64,000 bases of DNA from Candidatus Krumholzibacteriia bacterium (GTDB lineage: Bacteria; Krumholzibacteriota; Krumholzibacteriia; Krumholzibacteriales; Krumholzibacteriaceae): contig CAWIIQ010000001.1 in NCBI GenBank assembly GCA_963836185.1, forward strand, positions 1,824,001-1,888,000, read 5' to 3'. The translations under genes and the position numbers were made by a program. This document shows positions 34,690 through 44,368 of the stretch, piece by piece. The notes beneath the pieces were generated by a model, which saw only the letters and a list, made by a program, of their open reading frames with translations, made no database searches and had not been told where the DNA came from. Position 1 is the first letter of the stretch. Each line of letters begins with the position of its first letter.

Positions 34690-35690
34690 TGCGTTTCCTT
34701 TATTCTATCCTTTATGCTCCCGTTCACGTCGAGTTTCACGAATTTCTCGGCGGCCAGGACGGCGTTCTTGACAGCCTTGGCGGATGATCCGCCGTGACCG
34801 ATTATCGTTACGCCGTCGATTCCGAGGAGCGGCATACCGCCGTACTCCGCGTAATCGAGCGATCTTCCCATCTTTTTCAAGACCGGTTTGAGGAATCCAG
34901 CACCGATCTTCGCCCTGAAGCTTTCCTCGATACCTTCCTTGATGATGTTGCCGAAATAGTGAGCGACACTCTCGGCAAACTTCAGAAGGACGTTCCCGGT
35001 GAACCCGTCTGTTACGACGACATCCACCTTACCCGCGATCACGTCCATTCCCTCGACATTACCTGCGAAGTTCAGTCCGCTCGCAGCGAGAAGCTCGTGG
35101 GCTTCCCTGGTCAACTCGCTCCCCTTGGAGGATTCCTCGCCAATATTGAGCAACCCGACCTTAGGGTCCTTCCTGCCGAGTATCAGCTCCGCATAGGCGG
35201 CGCCCATGTACCCGAACTGCTCGAGATGCATCGGCACGTTGTCCGAATTCGCCCCCCCGTCGAGCACTATCGTCCCGCCGTTACGCGATGGAAAGAAGAG
35301 GGCTATCGCGGGCCGGTCGATGCCCGGCATCCTGCCGAGTGAAAGGAGCGAACTGGCGACTGCAGCTCCGGTATTACCGGCGCTTACCACCGCGTCCGCC
35401 TTTCCCTCCTTGTGAAGCCTTGTCGCAACGACGATAGACGCCTCGCGTTTGCGCCTTATAGCGGTCGCCGGACTCTCCGACATGCTGATCACATCAGGAG
35501 CGTGGACGATCTCGATATTTCCAGTGGAAAGTCCGCTTTCGGAAATATAGCGTTCGAGCTCATCCTGCCGGCCGACGAGTATCAGCTCGAAACGTCCATT
35601 GGCTTCATTCGCTGCTTCGACAGCTCCATCTACAATAGCCTCGGGCGCATTGTCGCCGCCCATGGCATCAAGTGCTATCCTCATCGCCAT
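34686..35690 (-). CDS. plsX: Phosphate acyltransferase PlsX
   Basis: IALDAMGGDNAP, SAGNTGA and DGFTGNVLLK. Confidence 0.97.
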   Translation of the reverse strand: MAMRIALDAMGGDNAPEAIVDGAVEAANEANGRFELILVGRQDELERYISESGLSTGNIEIVHAPDVISMSESPATAIRRKREASIVVATRLHKEGKADAVVSAGNTGAAVASSLLSLGRMPGIDRPAIALFFPSRNGGTIVLDGGANSDNVPMHLEQFGYMGAAYAELILGRKDPKVGLLNIGEESSKGSELTREAHELLAASGLNFAGNVEGMDVIAGKVDVVVTDGFTGNVLLKFAESVAHYFGNIIKEGIEESFRAKIGAGFLKPVLKKMGRSLDYAEYGGMPLLGIDGVTIIGHGGSSAKAVKNAVLAAEKFVKLDVNGSIKDRIKETQ

Positions 35691-35750
35691 ACCCGCTCCG
35701 GACCTTCAGTCCGGGTAACAGCCTCTAAAGGAGAGTGCGGCAAAGATGGC

Positions 35751-35939
35751 CTAACTCTCTTCTTCCTGGGGCTTGATTACCTCACGTCCCGCATAATAGC
35801 CACAGCTGGGGCATACCACGTGGGGCTGCTTGGGCTGATGGCAGTGCGAACACTTGGCTGCGGTAGGGGGCTGGGCTTTCCAGTGAGCCCGCCGCATGTT
35901 CTTTTTAGATTTCGATGTCCTTCTCTTCGGGACTGCCAT
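35751..35939 (-). CDS. rpmF: 50S ribosomal protein L32
   Basis: MAVPKRRTSKS with CxxC...CxxC zinc ribbon. Confidence 0.96.
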   Translation of the reverse strand: MAVPKRRTSKSKKNMRRAHWKAQPPTAAKCSHCHQPKQPHVVCPSCGYYAGREVIKPQEEES

Positions 35940-35954
35940 ATCTACTCCTCACGA

Positions 35955-36115
35955 TTCCCGGGAATATTGTCCCGGTTCCCGTCAATATTGCTCCGTTTCT
36001 CTCCGTCATATCCCCGGTTCCCGGGAATATTGCTCCGTTTCTCTCCGTCATATCCCCGGTTCCCGGGAATATTGCTCCGTTTCTCTCCGTCATATCCCCG
36101 GTTCCCGGGAATATT
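35955..36115. repeat. Tandem repeat: three perfect 42-bp units plus one 21-bp truncated unit
   Basis: AATATTGCTCCGTTTCTCTCCGTCATATCCCCGGTTCCCGGG at 35984, 36026 and 36068. AATATT also occurs at 35963 and 36110. Confidence 0.95.
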
Positions 36116-36648
36116 CACTTATCGTCTTCTTCTTTCAACAGTTTTTTAAGGGGGCCCCACCTCGGATCGACAGTCTTCTCACCGCAATCACAGGCTCCCT
36201 CGTTCAGATCCGTCCCACAACCGGGACAGATACCAGCGCAACTCTCTGCGCACAAATACTTTATGGGCATATCGAGGACTACCGCCTCGTGGACCGCGGG
36301 GAAGATATCGAAATCGAATTCCTGCGCCTCATTGATCTGCACGAAATCCTCTTCCTCGTTCCCCCCGTGCCCCCTGCCTCCCCGGTGCAGCATCATGCTG
36401 AATTCCGCAACTACCCTGAAATCAAACGCTTTCAGGCATCTGCTGCAGTCGCCGCTGATGTCTGCTTCTATTCGCCCCTCGAGCAGATACCTGCTGCCCG
36501 TCCGGGTCGATTCGGCCGTTACGGATGCCCTGCAGGGTATATCCTTCCCCTCGGGACCGCGGACCGGAAACTCCTCTTCGAAGGTGAAGGTATCCCTGTC
36601 AGCACTATGACCGAGATCCAGCCCCATTCTTGGAAAATCCTTTTCCAT
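36115..36648 (-). CDS. yceD: YceD/DUF177 ribosome-biogenesis-associated metal-binding protein
   Basis: CSRCL, CAESCAGICPGCG and DPRWGPL; upstream of rpmF-plsX. Confidence 0.9.
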   Translation of the reverse strand: MEKDFPRMGLDLGHSADRDTFTFEEEFPVRGPEGKDIPCRASVTAESTRTGSRYLLEGRIEADISGDCSRCLKAFDFRVVAEFSMMLHRGGRGHGGNEEEDFVQINEAQEFDFDIFPAVHEAVVLDMPIKYLCAESCAGICPGCGTDLNEGACDCGEKTVDPRWGPLKKLLKEEDDK

Positions 36649-36660
36649 GAAGCGTTTATA

Positions 36661-37068
36661 TTAGTCTTCAGTGAAGACTATAGCAAGTTCTTTTTCAGCC
36701 GACTCGGGCGCATCTGAGGCATGAACGGCATTTGCCTGCAGAGAAGTGCCATACATGTACCTGATCGTCCCCGGCCGGGCGTCGGCAGGATCGGTAGCCC
36801 CTACCAGTTCCCTGGTCAGGGCGATCACGTCCCCCTCCTTCTCCAGTTCGAGGCCGATCACGTCGCCTGAGACGATATATTTCATCAGATCGGCGAAGAA
36901 CGGCTTATCCTTATGGATACCATAGAATTCGGCTGCCTGAGCATCGTCGAATCTGAACATCTTCATCCTTCTTATGGTCCACCGGTTCTTCAGAAGGAGA
37001 TCTATTATCTGACCCTGGAGGCCGGCAGCGACCGCCTCGGGCTTTATCATCAGGTATGTACTCGGCAC
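36661..37068 (-). CDS. ndk: Nucleoside diphosphate kinase
   Basis: IKPEAV, GATDP...PGTIR and NAVHASD. Confidence 0.95.
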   Translation of the reverse strand: MPSTYLMIKPEAVAAGLQGQIIDLLLKNRWTIRRMKMFRFDDAQAAEFYGIHKDKPFFADLMKYIVSGDVIGLELEKEGDVIALTRELVGATDPADARPGTIRYMYGTSLQANAVHASDAPESAEKELAIVFTED

Positions 37069-37079
37069 TTTTCCTCCAA

Positions 37080-37949
37080 TTAAACAAGTCTCTTCATTAT
37101 ATCCACTATCTGAGCAGGCGTGTCGGCCACCTCGACGCCCACTGCGGCGAACGCGGCGACCTTCTCTGCCGCTGTTCCCGTTCCTCCTGATACGATGGCG
37201 CCGGCATGGCCCATCCTCTTGCCCGGAGGGGCGGAATGCCCGGCGATAAAGACTCCCACCTTCTTTGGATAGCCGTTCTTTATCATCTCAGCTGCGAGTT
37301 CCTCGTCGTTCCCTCCGATCTCACCGATCAGTACGACCGCATCGGTCTCATCGTCGGCGGCAAAGAGTTCCATCGTATCGAGCAGGTTCGTCCCCACGAT
37401 CGGATCGCCTCCGATACCGATGCATGTCGACTGCCCCAGGCCATTCTGCGTGAGATGGTACACGATCTCGTATGTAAGCGTACCGCTTCTCGACACGACG
37501 CCGATGTTACCCTCGGTATGGATGTCGCCCGGCATGATCCCGACCTTTGAGCGTCCCGGAGAGATGATCCCCGGGCTGTTCGGCCCGATCAGCCTCGTCC
37601 CGCGCTCGGTGATGAAGGGAAGGACCTTGACCATGTCCTTGACCGGCAGTCCCTCGGAGATGCAGACGACCAGCTCGCAGCCCGCATCCGAGGCCTCGCA
37701 GATCGCATCGGCTGCGAATGCCGCGGGAACGTAGATCACGCTCGTGTTCGCTCCGGTAGCGGCAACTGCATCGGCCATCGAGTCGAATACCGGAACGCCG
37801 TCTTCGGTCTTCTGCCCACCCTTGCCAGGAGTGACTCCTCCGACCACGTTCGTCCCATAAGAGACCATCTGGCTGGCGTGGAAACCGCCGTCCCTGCCAG
37901 TGATCCCCTGGACGACCAACTTCGTCTTTTTATCAACAAGAATACTCAA
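37080..37949 (-). CDS. sucD: Succinyl-CoA synthetase alpha subunit
   Basis: [15 protein letters not shown] and MGHAGAI. Confidence 0.96.
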   Translation of the reverse strand: MSILVDKKTKLVVQGITGRDGGFHASQMVSYGTNVVGGVTPGKGGQKTEDGVPVFDSMADAVAATGANTSVIYVPAAFAADAICEASDAGCELVVCISEGLPVKDMVKVLPFITERGTRLIGPNSPGIISPGRSKVGIMPGDIHTEGNIGVVSRSGTLTYEIVYHLTQNGLGQSTCIGIGGDPIVGTNLLDTMELFAADDETDAVVLIGEIGGNDEELAAEMIKNGYPKKVGVFIAGHSAPPGKRMGHAGAIVSGGTGTAAEKVAAFAAVGVEVADTPAQIVDIMKRLV

Positions 37950-37968
37950 GACCAGATTCCTTTCGATT

Positions 37969-39099
37969 CTAACCGGCCGCTTCTATTGCCTTCTTTACAG
38001 CGTCCTCCATATCGTCGGCCGCGATCATCTCGGTACTCGCGAGGATCTCCTTCGCCTCACGTTCGTTCGTACCGGTGAGCCTGACGACAAGCGGTATATC
38101 GAGTCCGAGCTTTTTCTTCGCATCGATCAATCCGTTAGCCACATCGTCGCACCTCGTGATCCCTCCGAATATATTTATCAGGATCGATTTAACATTGTCG
38201 TCACGGAGGATGATCTTCATGGCGGAGAGGACCTTCTCGGGACTCGAGCTCCCTCCGATGTCGAGGAAGTTCGCAGGCTCGCCGCCGAAATGCTTGATCA
38301 TGTCCATCGTGGCCATCGCCAGCCCTGCGCCGTTGACGATGCAGCCGATCCTTCCGTCAAGTTTGACGAAAGAGAGATCGGCCTCCCTCGCCTCGACCTC
38401 GCCCTGGTCCTCAGCCGCATCGTCCCTCATCTCGGCGATATCCGGATGCCTGAAGAGGGCGTTGTCGTCGAGATTTATCTTCGCGTCGATCGCCCATACC
38501 TTGCCGTCCGGATCCTCGACGAGAGGATTTATTTCGGCCAGCGAGGCGTCCGAGCCCATAAATGCGGTGTAAAGACCGGCCAGTGCCTTGCCTATCTGCT
38601 TCGCTACAGCCTTGTCCCCGCTGAGGAAGGACGACAGCCTTCTTACCTGGAAGGGCAAGAGCCCCCCTTCAGGATTGACGGGCAGCTTGAGGATCTTCTC
38701 CGGAGTACTCCTGGCTACTTCCTCGATATCGACTCCGCCTGCCGGAGAGACCATAATCATCGGCCTCCTCGAACCGCGGTCGAATATCATCCCGACATAG
38801 AACTCCTTGTCTATATCGACAGCCTTCGCCACGAGGACCTTCTCGACAGTCAGTCCCTTTATGTCGAGCCCCAGTATCGCTTCAGCCTTCTCGACGGCCT
38901 CTTCGGGAGTCGACGCGAGCTTGACGCCGCCAGCCTTTCCACGCCCGCCCACGAGTACCTGGGCCTTGACCACCACGGGACAGCCGAGTTCCGCCGCCGC
39001 GGCTTTAGCGTCCTGAGCCTTCGTGATCATCCTGCTCGGCGGTACGGGGAGCCCGTAAGAGGCAAATATTCCCCGCGCGTCCGCTTCGTGAATCTTCAA
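37969..39099 (-). CDS. sucC: Succinyl-CoA synthetase beta subunit
   Basis: [26 protein letters not shown] and [10 protein letters not shown]. Confidence 0.96.
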   Translation of the reverse strand: MKIHEADARGIFASYGLPVPPSRMITKAQDAKAAAAELGCPVVVKAQVLVGGRGKAGGVKLASTPEEAVEKAEAILGLDIKGLTVEKVLVAKAVDIDKEFYVGMIFDRGSRRPMIMVSPAGGVDIEEVARSTPEKILKLPVNPEGGLLPFQVRRLSSFLSGDKAVAKQIGKALAGLYTAFMGSDASLAEINPLVEDPDGKVWAIDAKINLDDNALFRHPDIAEMRDDAAEDQGEVEAREADLSFVKLDGRIGCIVNGAGLAMATMDMIKHFGGEPANFLDIGGSSSPEKVLSAMKIILRDDNVKSILINIFGGITRCDDVANGLIDAKKKLGLDIPLVVRLTGTNEREAKEILASTEMIAADDMEDAVKKAIEAAG

Positions 39100-39116
39100 T
39101 GCAAACCTCCAGCTCT

Positions 39117-40433
39117 TTACTTCAGGTAGTCAGCCAGTGCGTCCTTCAGATCGGGCTTGCCGATCTCTGCCAGGTCGTAGCTGACCCTGACGGAAGGCTG
39201 CGGAATATTGATGATGCGCTGGAGATCGATCGGCGTACCGATGACTACCGCGTCGCATTCGACCTTCGCCATAGTCTTCTCGAGGTCCTTGATCTGCTCC
39301 TCGCCGTATCCCATCGCCGGCAGAAGCTGCCCGACCTCGGGATACCTCTCGAACGTCCTCGCGAGTTTTCCCGTCGCCCATGGGCGCGGATCTACGAGGT
39401 CGGCCGCTCCGAACTTGAGCGCGGCCATTACGGCGGCGCCGTATTTCATCCCGCCGTGAGTCAGAGTCGGTCCATCCTCGATACAGAGGACCTTCTTGCC
39501 CTTGATCAGTGAGGGATCAGAGACAGTAAGCGGAGACGCCGCGTCCACGACCATTGCTTCGGGGTTCCACTCAGCGATATTCTCCCTTACCTCTTCGACA
39601 CCGCAGAGATCAGCCGTGTCGATCTTGTTGATGACGATCACGTCGGCCATCAACAGGTTGGTGAATCCGGGATAGTACTCGAGCTCGTGTCCCGCCCTGT
39701 GAGGATCGACGACCGTGATCGCCAGGTCCGGCTTGTAGAAAGGCAGATCGTTATTGCCGCCGTCCCAGAGGATGACGTCCGCTTCCTTCTCCGCCTCACG
39801 CAGGATCGCCTCATAGTCGACACCGGCGTAGATGATGACACCGGCGACGATGTGGGGCTCGTACTCTTCCATCTCTTCGATGGTGCACTCGTGCGTCTTG
39901 AGGTCCTCGAGTGACGCGAACCTCTGGACGGCCTGCTTCGCGAGGTCGCCGTAAGGCATCGGGTGACGGATCGCGACGACCTTCTTGCCCGCCTCGATCA
40001 GGAGCTCGGCGACGCGCCTCGTCGTCTGGCTCTTGCCGCATCCCGTACGGGTCGCGCATATCGAGATCAGAGGTTTTGTCGACTTGACCATCGTCGGATC
40101 GGCGCCGGCTATCGTGAAATGCGCTCCGAGTGAGTTGACGATCTGGGCCTTCTCCATCACGTACTGATGCGAGACGTCGCTGTATGAGAACAGGACCTCC
40201 TCGACATCCTTGTTGACGATCAGGTCCTCGAGTTCCGACTCGTCATGGATGGGAATACCGTTCGGATAGAGATCTCCCGCGAGTACGGCGGGGTACTTCC
40301 TGCCTGCGATATCGGGGATCTGCGTAGCTGTAAAAGCGACTATCTCCACCGAATCATTCTCACGGTACAGCGTGTTGAAGTTATGGAAATCCCTTCCTGC
40401 CGCGCCCATTATAAGGATCCTTCTCTTGTCCAT
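39117..40433 (-). CDS. Cyclic 2,3-diphosphoglycerate synthetase-like P-loop NTPase
   Basis: GAAGRDFHNFN, TRTGCGKSQT, RHPMPYGDL, WDGGNND and EDGPTLTHGG. Confidence 0.8.
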   Translation of the reverse strand: MDKRRILIMGAAGRDFHNFNTLYRENDSVEIVAFTATQIPDIAGRKYPAVLAGDLYPNGIPIHDESELEDLIVNKDVEEVLFSYSDVSHQYVMEKAQIVNSLGAHFTIAGADPTMVKSTKPLISICATRTGCGKSQTTRRVAELLIEAGKKVVAIRHPMPYGDLAKQAVQRFASLEDLKTHECTIEEMEEYEPHIVAGVIIYAGVDYEAILREAEKEADVILWDGGNNDLPFYKPDLAITVVDPHRAGHELEYYPGFTNLLMADVIVINKIDTADLCGVEEVRENIAEWNPEAMVVDAASPLTVSDPSLIKGKKVLCIEDGPTLTHGGMKYGAAVMAALKFGAADLVDPRPWATGKLARTFERYPEVGQLLPAMGYGEEQIKDLEKTMAKVECDAVVIGTPIDLQRIINIPQPSVRVSYDLAEIGKPDLKDALADYLK

Positions 40434-40489
40434 TCTTCTTCGACCTCCACTTTCCTGTGGTTTGAAGTTACCTGCGGTTTTAAAGCTGT

Positions 40490-40972
40490 CTATTGATCCT
40501 TCGGCGGCATCTTCTCGATGATGCCGCTTGAAGAGTATCCTTTTACCATCTCGATCCTCTCGACCCTTCCGCCATTCGCGAGGACAAAATCTTCGCCGAC
40601 TATCTCCCCGCTTCCATACTCGGCACCCTTGACGAGGACGTCGGGCTCAAGGGCCTCGATCGTCTCGATCGGTGTATCCTCTCCGAAAACGGTCACGTAA
40701 TCTACGCTTCTGAGCCCGAGCAGGACATGAGCCCTGTCCAACTCGCAGTTCAGCGGCCTTCCCTCACCCTTAAGGCGCTTTACCGAATCGTCGCTGTTGA
40801 TCCCGACGACAAGGCAATCACCCATCGCTCTTGCCTGATCGAGCAGCGTGACATGCCCGCGATGAATTATATCGAAGCACCCGTTGGTGAAGACTATCGA
40901 AAGGCTGGAATTCTCCCTGCGGAAGTCACCGAGGCCTTCTCTCGCTATCGTTCTTCTCGAAAGGTCGTTCAT
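40490..40972 (-). CDS. rfaE2: D-glycero-beta-D-manno-heptose 1-phosphate adenylyltransferase
   Basis: VFTNGCFDIIHRGH and GINSDDSVKRLKG. Confidence 0.92.
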   Translation of the reverse strand: MNDLSRRTIAREGLGDFRRENSSLSIVFTNGCFDIIHRGHVTLLDQARAMGDCLVVGINSDDSVKRLKGEGRPLNCELDRAHVLLGLRSVDYVTVFGEDTPIETIEALEPDVLVKGAEYGSGEIVGEDFVLANGGRVERIEMVKGYSSSGIIEKMPPKDQ

Positions 40973-40976
40973 ATTA

Positions 40977-41951
40977 TCAGGCCGGGAAAGCCCCGGCAAG
41001 CTCTTCGGGAGTGACCGCGGCCGTTCCGATCTCCCTGACCACGATACCGGCCGCCGCGTTGGCCAGTTCTATAGAATCGTAGAGCGATGCTCCGGCAGCG
41101 AGGCCGGCGGCGAGCACGCTTATCACCGTATCGCCGGCGCCCGTGACATCGTATACCTCGCTCGCCCTTGTCGGGAAATGCCTCGACGCCCGGCCCGTCT
41201 CGAAGAGGGTCATCCCCTCTTCGCCCCGCGTTATAAGGACGGCCTTTGCCTCGAGGTCTGAGAGAAGCGAGCTCCCTACCTTCTTCAGCTGCCTGTCATC
41301 CGAGATCCGGATGTTATAGAATGCACCCGCCTCGTTGAGATTCGGCGTCACTGCCCATGCGCCCTTATAGAGAGGGAAATGGCCGACCTTGGGATCTATG
41401 ATGATCGGAACACTGTCGCCGCAGATCTCGCGGAGAGCGTCCATCACGGCCATGGATACGACGCCTTTGCCGTAATCGGATACGATCACCGCGCCCGCGC
41501 CTTCGACCGCCTTCTTCACTGAAGTCTTCAGCCTGCCGAGCGAGCGCCCCTGCAATTCATCACTCGTCTCGAAATCAGCGCGCACGACCTGCTGGCTGTG
41601 AGCGAGTATCCTTATCTTCTCTGTTGTAACGCGGCCACTGTCGGCCATGATGTAACCGGTCGGTATCTTCATCCCGCGCAGGAGTTTCTTCATCTCGGCG
41701 CCCTGAGGGTCCCTGCCGATCACGGATGCAAGCCGCGCGTCGCAGCCCAGTGAGACGAGGTTCCACGCAACATTGGCGGCGCCGCCCGGGCGTACGCCAG
41801 TTCTCTGGACATCGACCACGGGAACGGGAGCCTCCGGACTGATACGGTCGACTCGGCCCCAGAAATATCTGTCGAGCATCAGGTCGCCCACAACCGCTAC
41901 CGAGGATTTTCCAATGGCCCGGCATATCCGGCGGGCCTTGCGCCTCTTCAT
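40977..41951 (-). CDS. rfaE1: D-glycero-beta-D-manno-heptose-7-phosphate kinase
   Basis: GDLMLDRY, RISPEAPVPV, SDYGKG and DVTGAGDTV. Confidence 0.92.
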   Translation of the reverse strand: MKRRKARRICRAIGKSSVAVVGDLMLDRYFWGRVDRISPEAPVPVVDVQRTGVRPGGAANVAWNLVSLGCDARLASVIGRDPQGAEMKKLLRGMKIPTGYIMADSGRVTTEKIRILAHSQQVVRADFETSDELQGRSLGRLKTSVKKAVEGAGAVIVSDYGKGVVSMAVMDALREICGDSVPIIIDPKVGHFPLYKGAWAVTPNLNEAGAFYNIRISDDRQLKKVGSSLLSDLEAKAVLITRGEEGMTLFETGRASRHFPTRASEVYDVTGAGDTVISVLAAGLAAGASLYDSIELANAAAGIVVREIGTAAVTPEELAGAFPA

Positions 41952-42037
41952 CTCTAGCTCCTGGACTGGATTACGGCGGCAGAGCCGCCAGTCGAAGCAG
42001 CGGCGCCCCCATCATCGGGGCCGCGCCGTCGGTGGGG

Positions 42038-42067
42038 AATATACCTTCTACCGCATCGGGCAATCAA
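42038..42067 (-). promoter_or_regulatory. Putative sigma70 promoter of the rfaE1 operon
   Basis: TTGATT-N18-TATATT. Confidence 0.5.
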
Positions 42068-42131
42068 GGCTTAATATAGCCTGCATAAACGGGATATATC
42101 CATGGCCTGGATGGGAAGTCCTCTGAAACTG

Positions 42132-42173
42132 AAAAAGGAAAGCAGGCCGGTCTCCAGAATCGACCGGCCTGCT
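42132..42173 (-). terminator. Intrinsic terminator after the OMP gene
   Basis: AGCAGGCCGGTC/GACCGGCCTGCT stem followed by TTCCTTTTT. Confidence 0.8.
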
Positions 42174-42202
42174 CCCTTATGGTTCTGAACTCCAGGCGGT
42201 TA

Positions 42203-42835
42203 TTAGAGAGCTATGATAACGCCGCCGACAAGATCCATCTGCACGATGCCGGTGCCGCCGAAGCTCATCCCGCCCGTGCCGATCCCCAGGAACGCATCGG
42301 TGAAGGTGAACGGCATCTGCCCGGAAAACATCAGGCCGATCCTGTCATTGAGATAGACCTTGGCGCCGATGCTCAGGATGATCGAGAACTTGTAATCATC
42401 GTCATACCCGTCAACTATGTATCTCGTTGTTCCAAGCGTGAAGGCTGTGAAGGGCATGACCTTGCCCTTCTGCATCCCGGCGACGCCGCCGATGTGCCAG
42501 TACTCGACTCCGATTTTGCCTTCATCGTCAGTCTGGCCAGCATATTTAAACATCACTTTTGTATCCTGGCGCCTGTAGAGAAGACGGACCGCCATGCCCG
42601 GCTTCACATTGATATCACCGGCGATGCCCCAGAAATCTCCGCTCTCCAGGTCGACTTCTCCGCTGTAGGCCCCATAATAAGCGCTCTTGGACCATGTCCA
42701 GGCATATCCATACATCGGTATGATCTCTAGCTTATGGTCCTGCGCCGTGAACTCGAACCCGCTCTGCGCCCAGGCGGACGACGAGAAGAGCATAAGCCCG
42801 GCAAGGAGAAGAAGTACTGATTTACGATTCATCAC
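42203..42835 (-). CDS. Small outer-membrane beta-barrel protein
   Basis: Signal peptide AWA-Q and alternating aromatic/hydrophobic strands. Confidence 0.7.
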   Translation of the reverse strand: MMNRKSVLLLLAGLMLFSSSAWAQSGFEFTAQDHKLEIIPMYGYAWTWSKSAYYGAYSGEVDLESGDFWGIAGDINVKPGMAVRLLYRRQDTKVMFKYAGQTDDEGKIGVEYWHIGGVAGMQKGKVMPFTAFTLGTTRYIVDGYDDDYKFSIILSIGAKVYLNDRIGLMFSGQMPFTFTDAFLGIGTGGMSFGGTGIVQMDLVGGVIIAL

Positions 42836-43037
42836 TTAACCTCCGAATGTTAAAAGACTGCTGTATTGCAGTGGGTTGCCACATAGGGATTAAGCACTTT
42901 AGCCCCTCCCGAGTCAAGCAGGAACAGGCAACCTCACGGACACCGTGGGAGGATTACTCGAAAAAAAAGAGTTTACCGACGATAACGATTCTTATAATAT
43001 TCCGTTCCTACAGCTTACGAAAGGATGAGCAAAACTG

Positions 43038-43526
43038 ATGGCGATATTCTTGGCGAGACTGCTGCTGGCAGCCGTGCTTGTATTGATATATATAGCCTGG
43101 ACTGGATCGGCCAACGGATCGGACATCATTGTTGTATCCGCCGCAGCCCTGCTCGTCTCGCTCTTCTTCTCGAAGGTCCGGCGCCTGCCCCGGATCACCC
43201 CGGCACGGGTCGCCTGGTCGATCGCGTATATCGCCTATCTCTTCATAGCGATCGTAAAGGCCAACTTTGACGTCGCCAGCAGGATCGTCAGAATAAAGAT
43301 CCCCCTCAATCCCGGCATCGTCACAGTCCGTACAAGACTCAGCTCACCGCTTGGCAGGACCGTGCTGGCCAACTCGATAACTCTGACTCCAGGGACACTG
43401 TCGGTAGAGATAAAAGGCGATATACTATACGTACACTGGATCGACGTCGCGTCGACGGACCGGGAAGAAGCCACCGAGGAGATAGTCGCGGGTTTCGAGA
43501 AATACCTGGAGGTCATCTTTGGCTGA
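43038..43526 (+). CDS. mnhE: Mrp/Mnh antiporter subunit E (MbxA-like)
   Basis: PGIV...LANSITLTPGTL...LYVHWID...FEKYL. Confidence 0.92.
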   Translation: MAIFLARLLLAAVLVLIYIAWTGSANGSDIIVVSAAALLVSLFFSKVRRLPRITPARVAWSIAYIAYLFIAIVKANFDVASRIVRIKIPLNPGIVTVRTRLSSPLGRTVLANSITLTPGTLSVEIKGDILYVHWIDVASTDREEATEEIVAGFEKYLEVIFG

Positions 43527-43779
43527 GACGATCCTCCATATATCTCTCGTGATCTCTATGATGGGGATCCTCGTAGCAACGATCAGACTCTTCAAGGGTC
43601 CCGCTCCCTGTGACAGGGCGGTCGCTCTCGACACGATGACCCTCATCTCGATATCAACGATAGTCCTCGTAGCCCTTTTCGCCGGCAGAGTCATCTATCT
43701 CGACGCCGCTATGGTTTACGCGATACTGAGCTTCCTGGGAATCGTAGCGATAGCGCGACACATCGAGGGAGGCCTCTGA
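43519..43779 (+). CDS. mnhF: Mrp/Mnh subunit F (MbxB-like)
   Basis: RLFKGP...DRAVALD and three TM helices. Confidence 0.9.
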   Translation: MAETILHISLVISMMGILVATIRLFKGPAPCDRAVALDTMTLISISTIVLVALFAGRVIYLDAAMVYAILSFLGIVAIARHIEGGL

Positions 43780-44117
43780 TGGAGATCCTGAAGATGGCAG
43801 GAGCCCTCGTGACATTTGTCGGATCGCTTTTCCTCTTTCTCGGCGCAGTCGGGATATTGCGGATGCCCGACCTCTACAACCGGATGCAGGCAGGGACCAA
43901 GGCGACTACGCTCGGGACTATCCTCACCCTGCTCGGCATCGGCATCTACAATCCAGCCTGGCTCAGCAGGATGCTGCTGCTCGTAATATTCGTAGCAATC
44001 ACAAATCCGATATCATCACATGCCCTCGCGCGCGCAGCCCACTTTATCGGAGTACCTCTTACGAAGGGAAGCGTGTGCGACACCCTCGCCGACGATGAAG
44101 AGGGGGAAGACACATGA
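43779..44117 (+). CDS. mnhG: Mrp/Mnh subunit G (MbxC-like)
   Basis: RMPDLYNRMQAGTKATTLG and NPISSHALARAA. Confidence 0.92.
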   Translation: MEILKMAGALVTFVGSLFLFLGAVGILRMPDLYNRMQAGTKATTLGTILTLLGIGIYNPAWLSRMLLLVIFVAITNPISSHALARAAHFIGVPLTKGSVCDTLADDEEGEDT

Positions 44118-44368
44118 CGATGACTTTACTCTTTATTGTAATCAGTGTCGTCATGCTGCTCGCTGCCCTTCTGGCTGTTCATATGAAGAGTCTTCTCGGC
44201 GCGGTCATTGCCGTCGGTGTGGTCAGCCTCTTTGTCAGCATACTCTTCCTCATTCTCGGAGCTCCCGACGTCGCCATGACGGAGGCTGCGATAGGCGCAG
44301 GCCTCTCGACGGTCATATTCCTGTTCGCCTTGAGCAGGACCGCGGGAAAGGACGCCGGCGATGATTAA
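44114..44368 (+). CDS. DUF4040/MbhD-like subunit (MbxD)
   Basis: APDVAMTEAAIGAG motif. Confidence 0.88.
   Translation: MTMTLLFIVISVVMLLAALLAVHMKSLLGAVIAVGVVSLFVSILFLILGAPDVAMTEAAIGAGLSTVIFLFALSRTAGKDAGDD

Noticed and set aside
35955-36115. CRISPR array
   Set aside because: The units are contiguous and identical with no unique spacers, and no cas genes are present.
41952-42060. tRNA or tRNA-Sec
   Set aside because: Despite a TTCGA on the minus strand, no acceptor stem or cloverleaf can be built.
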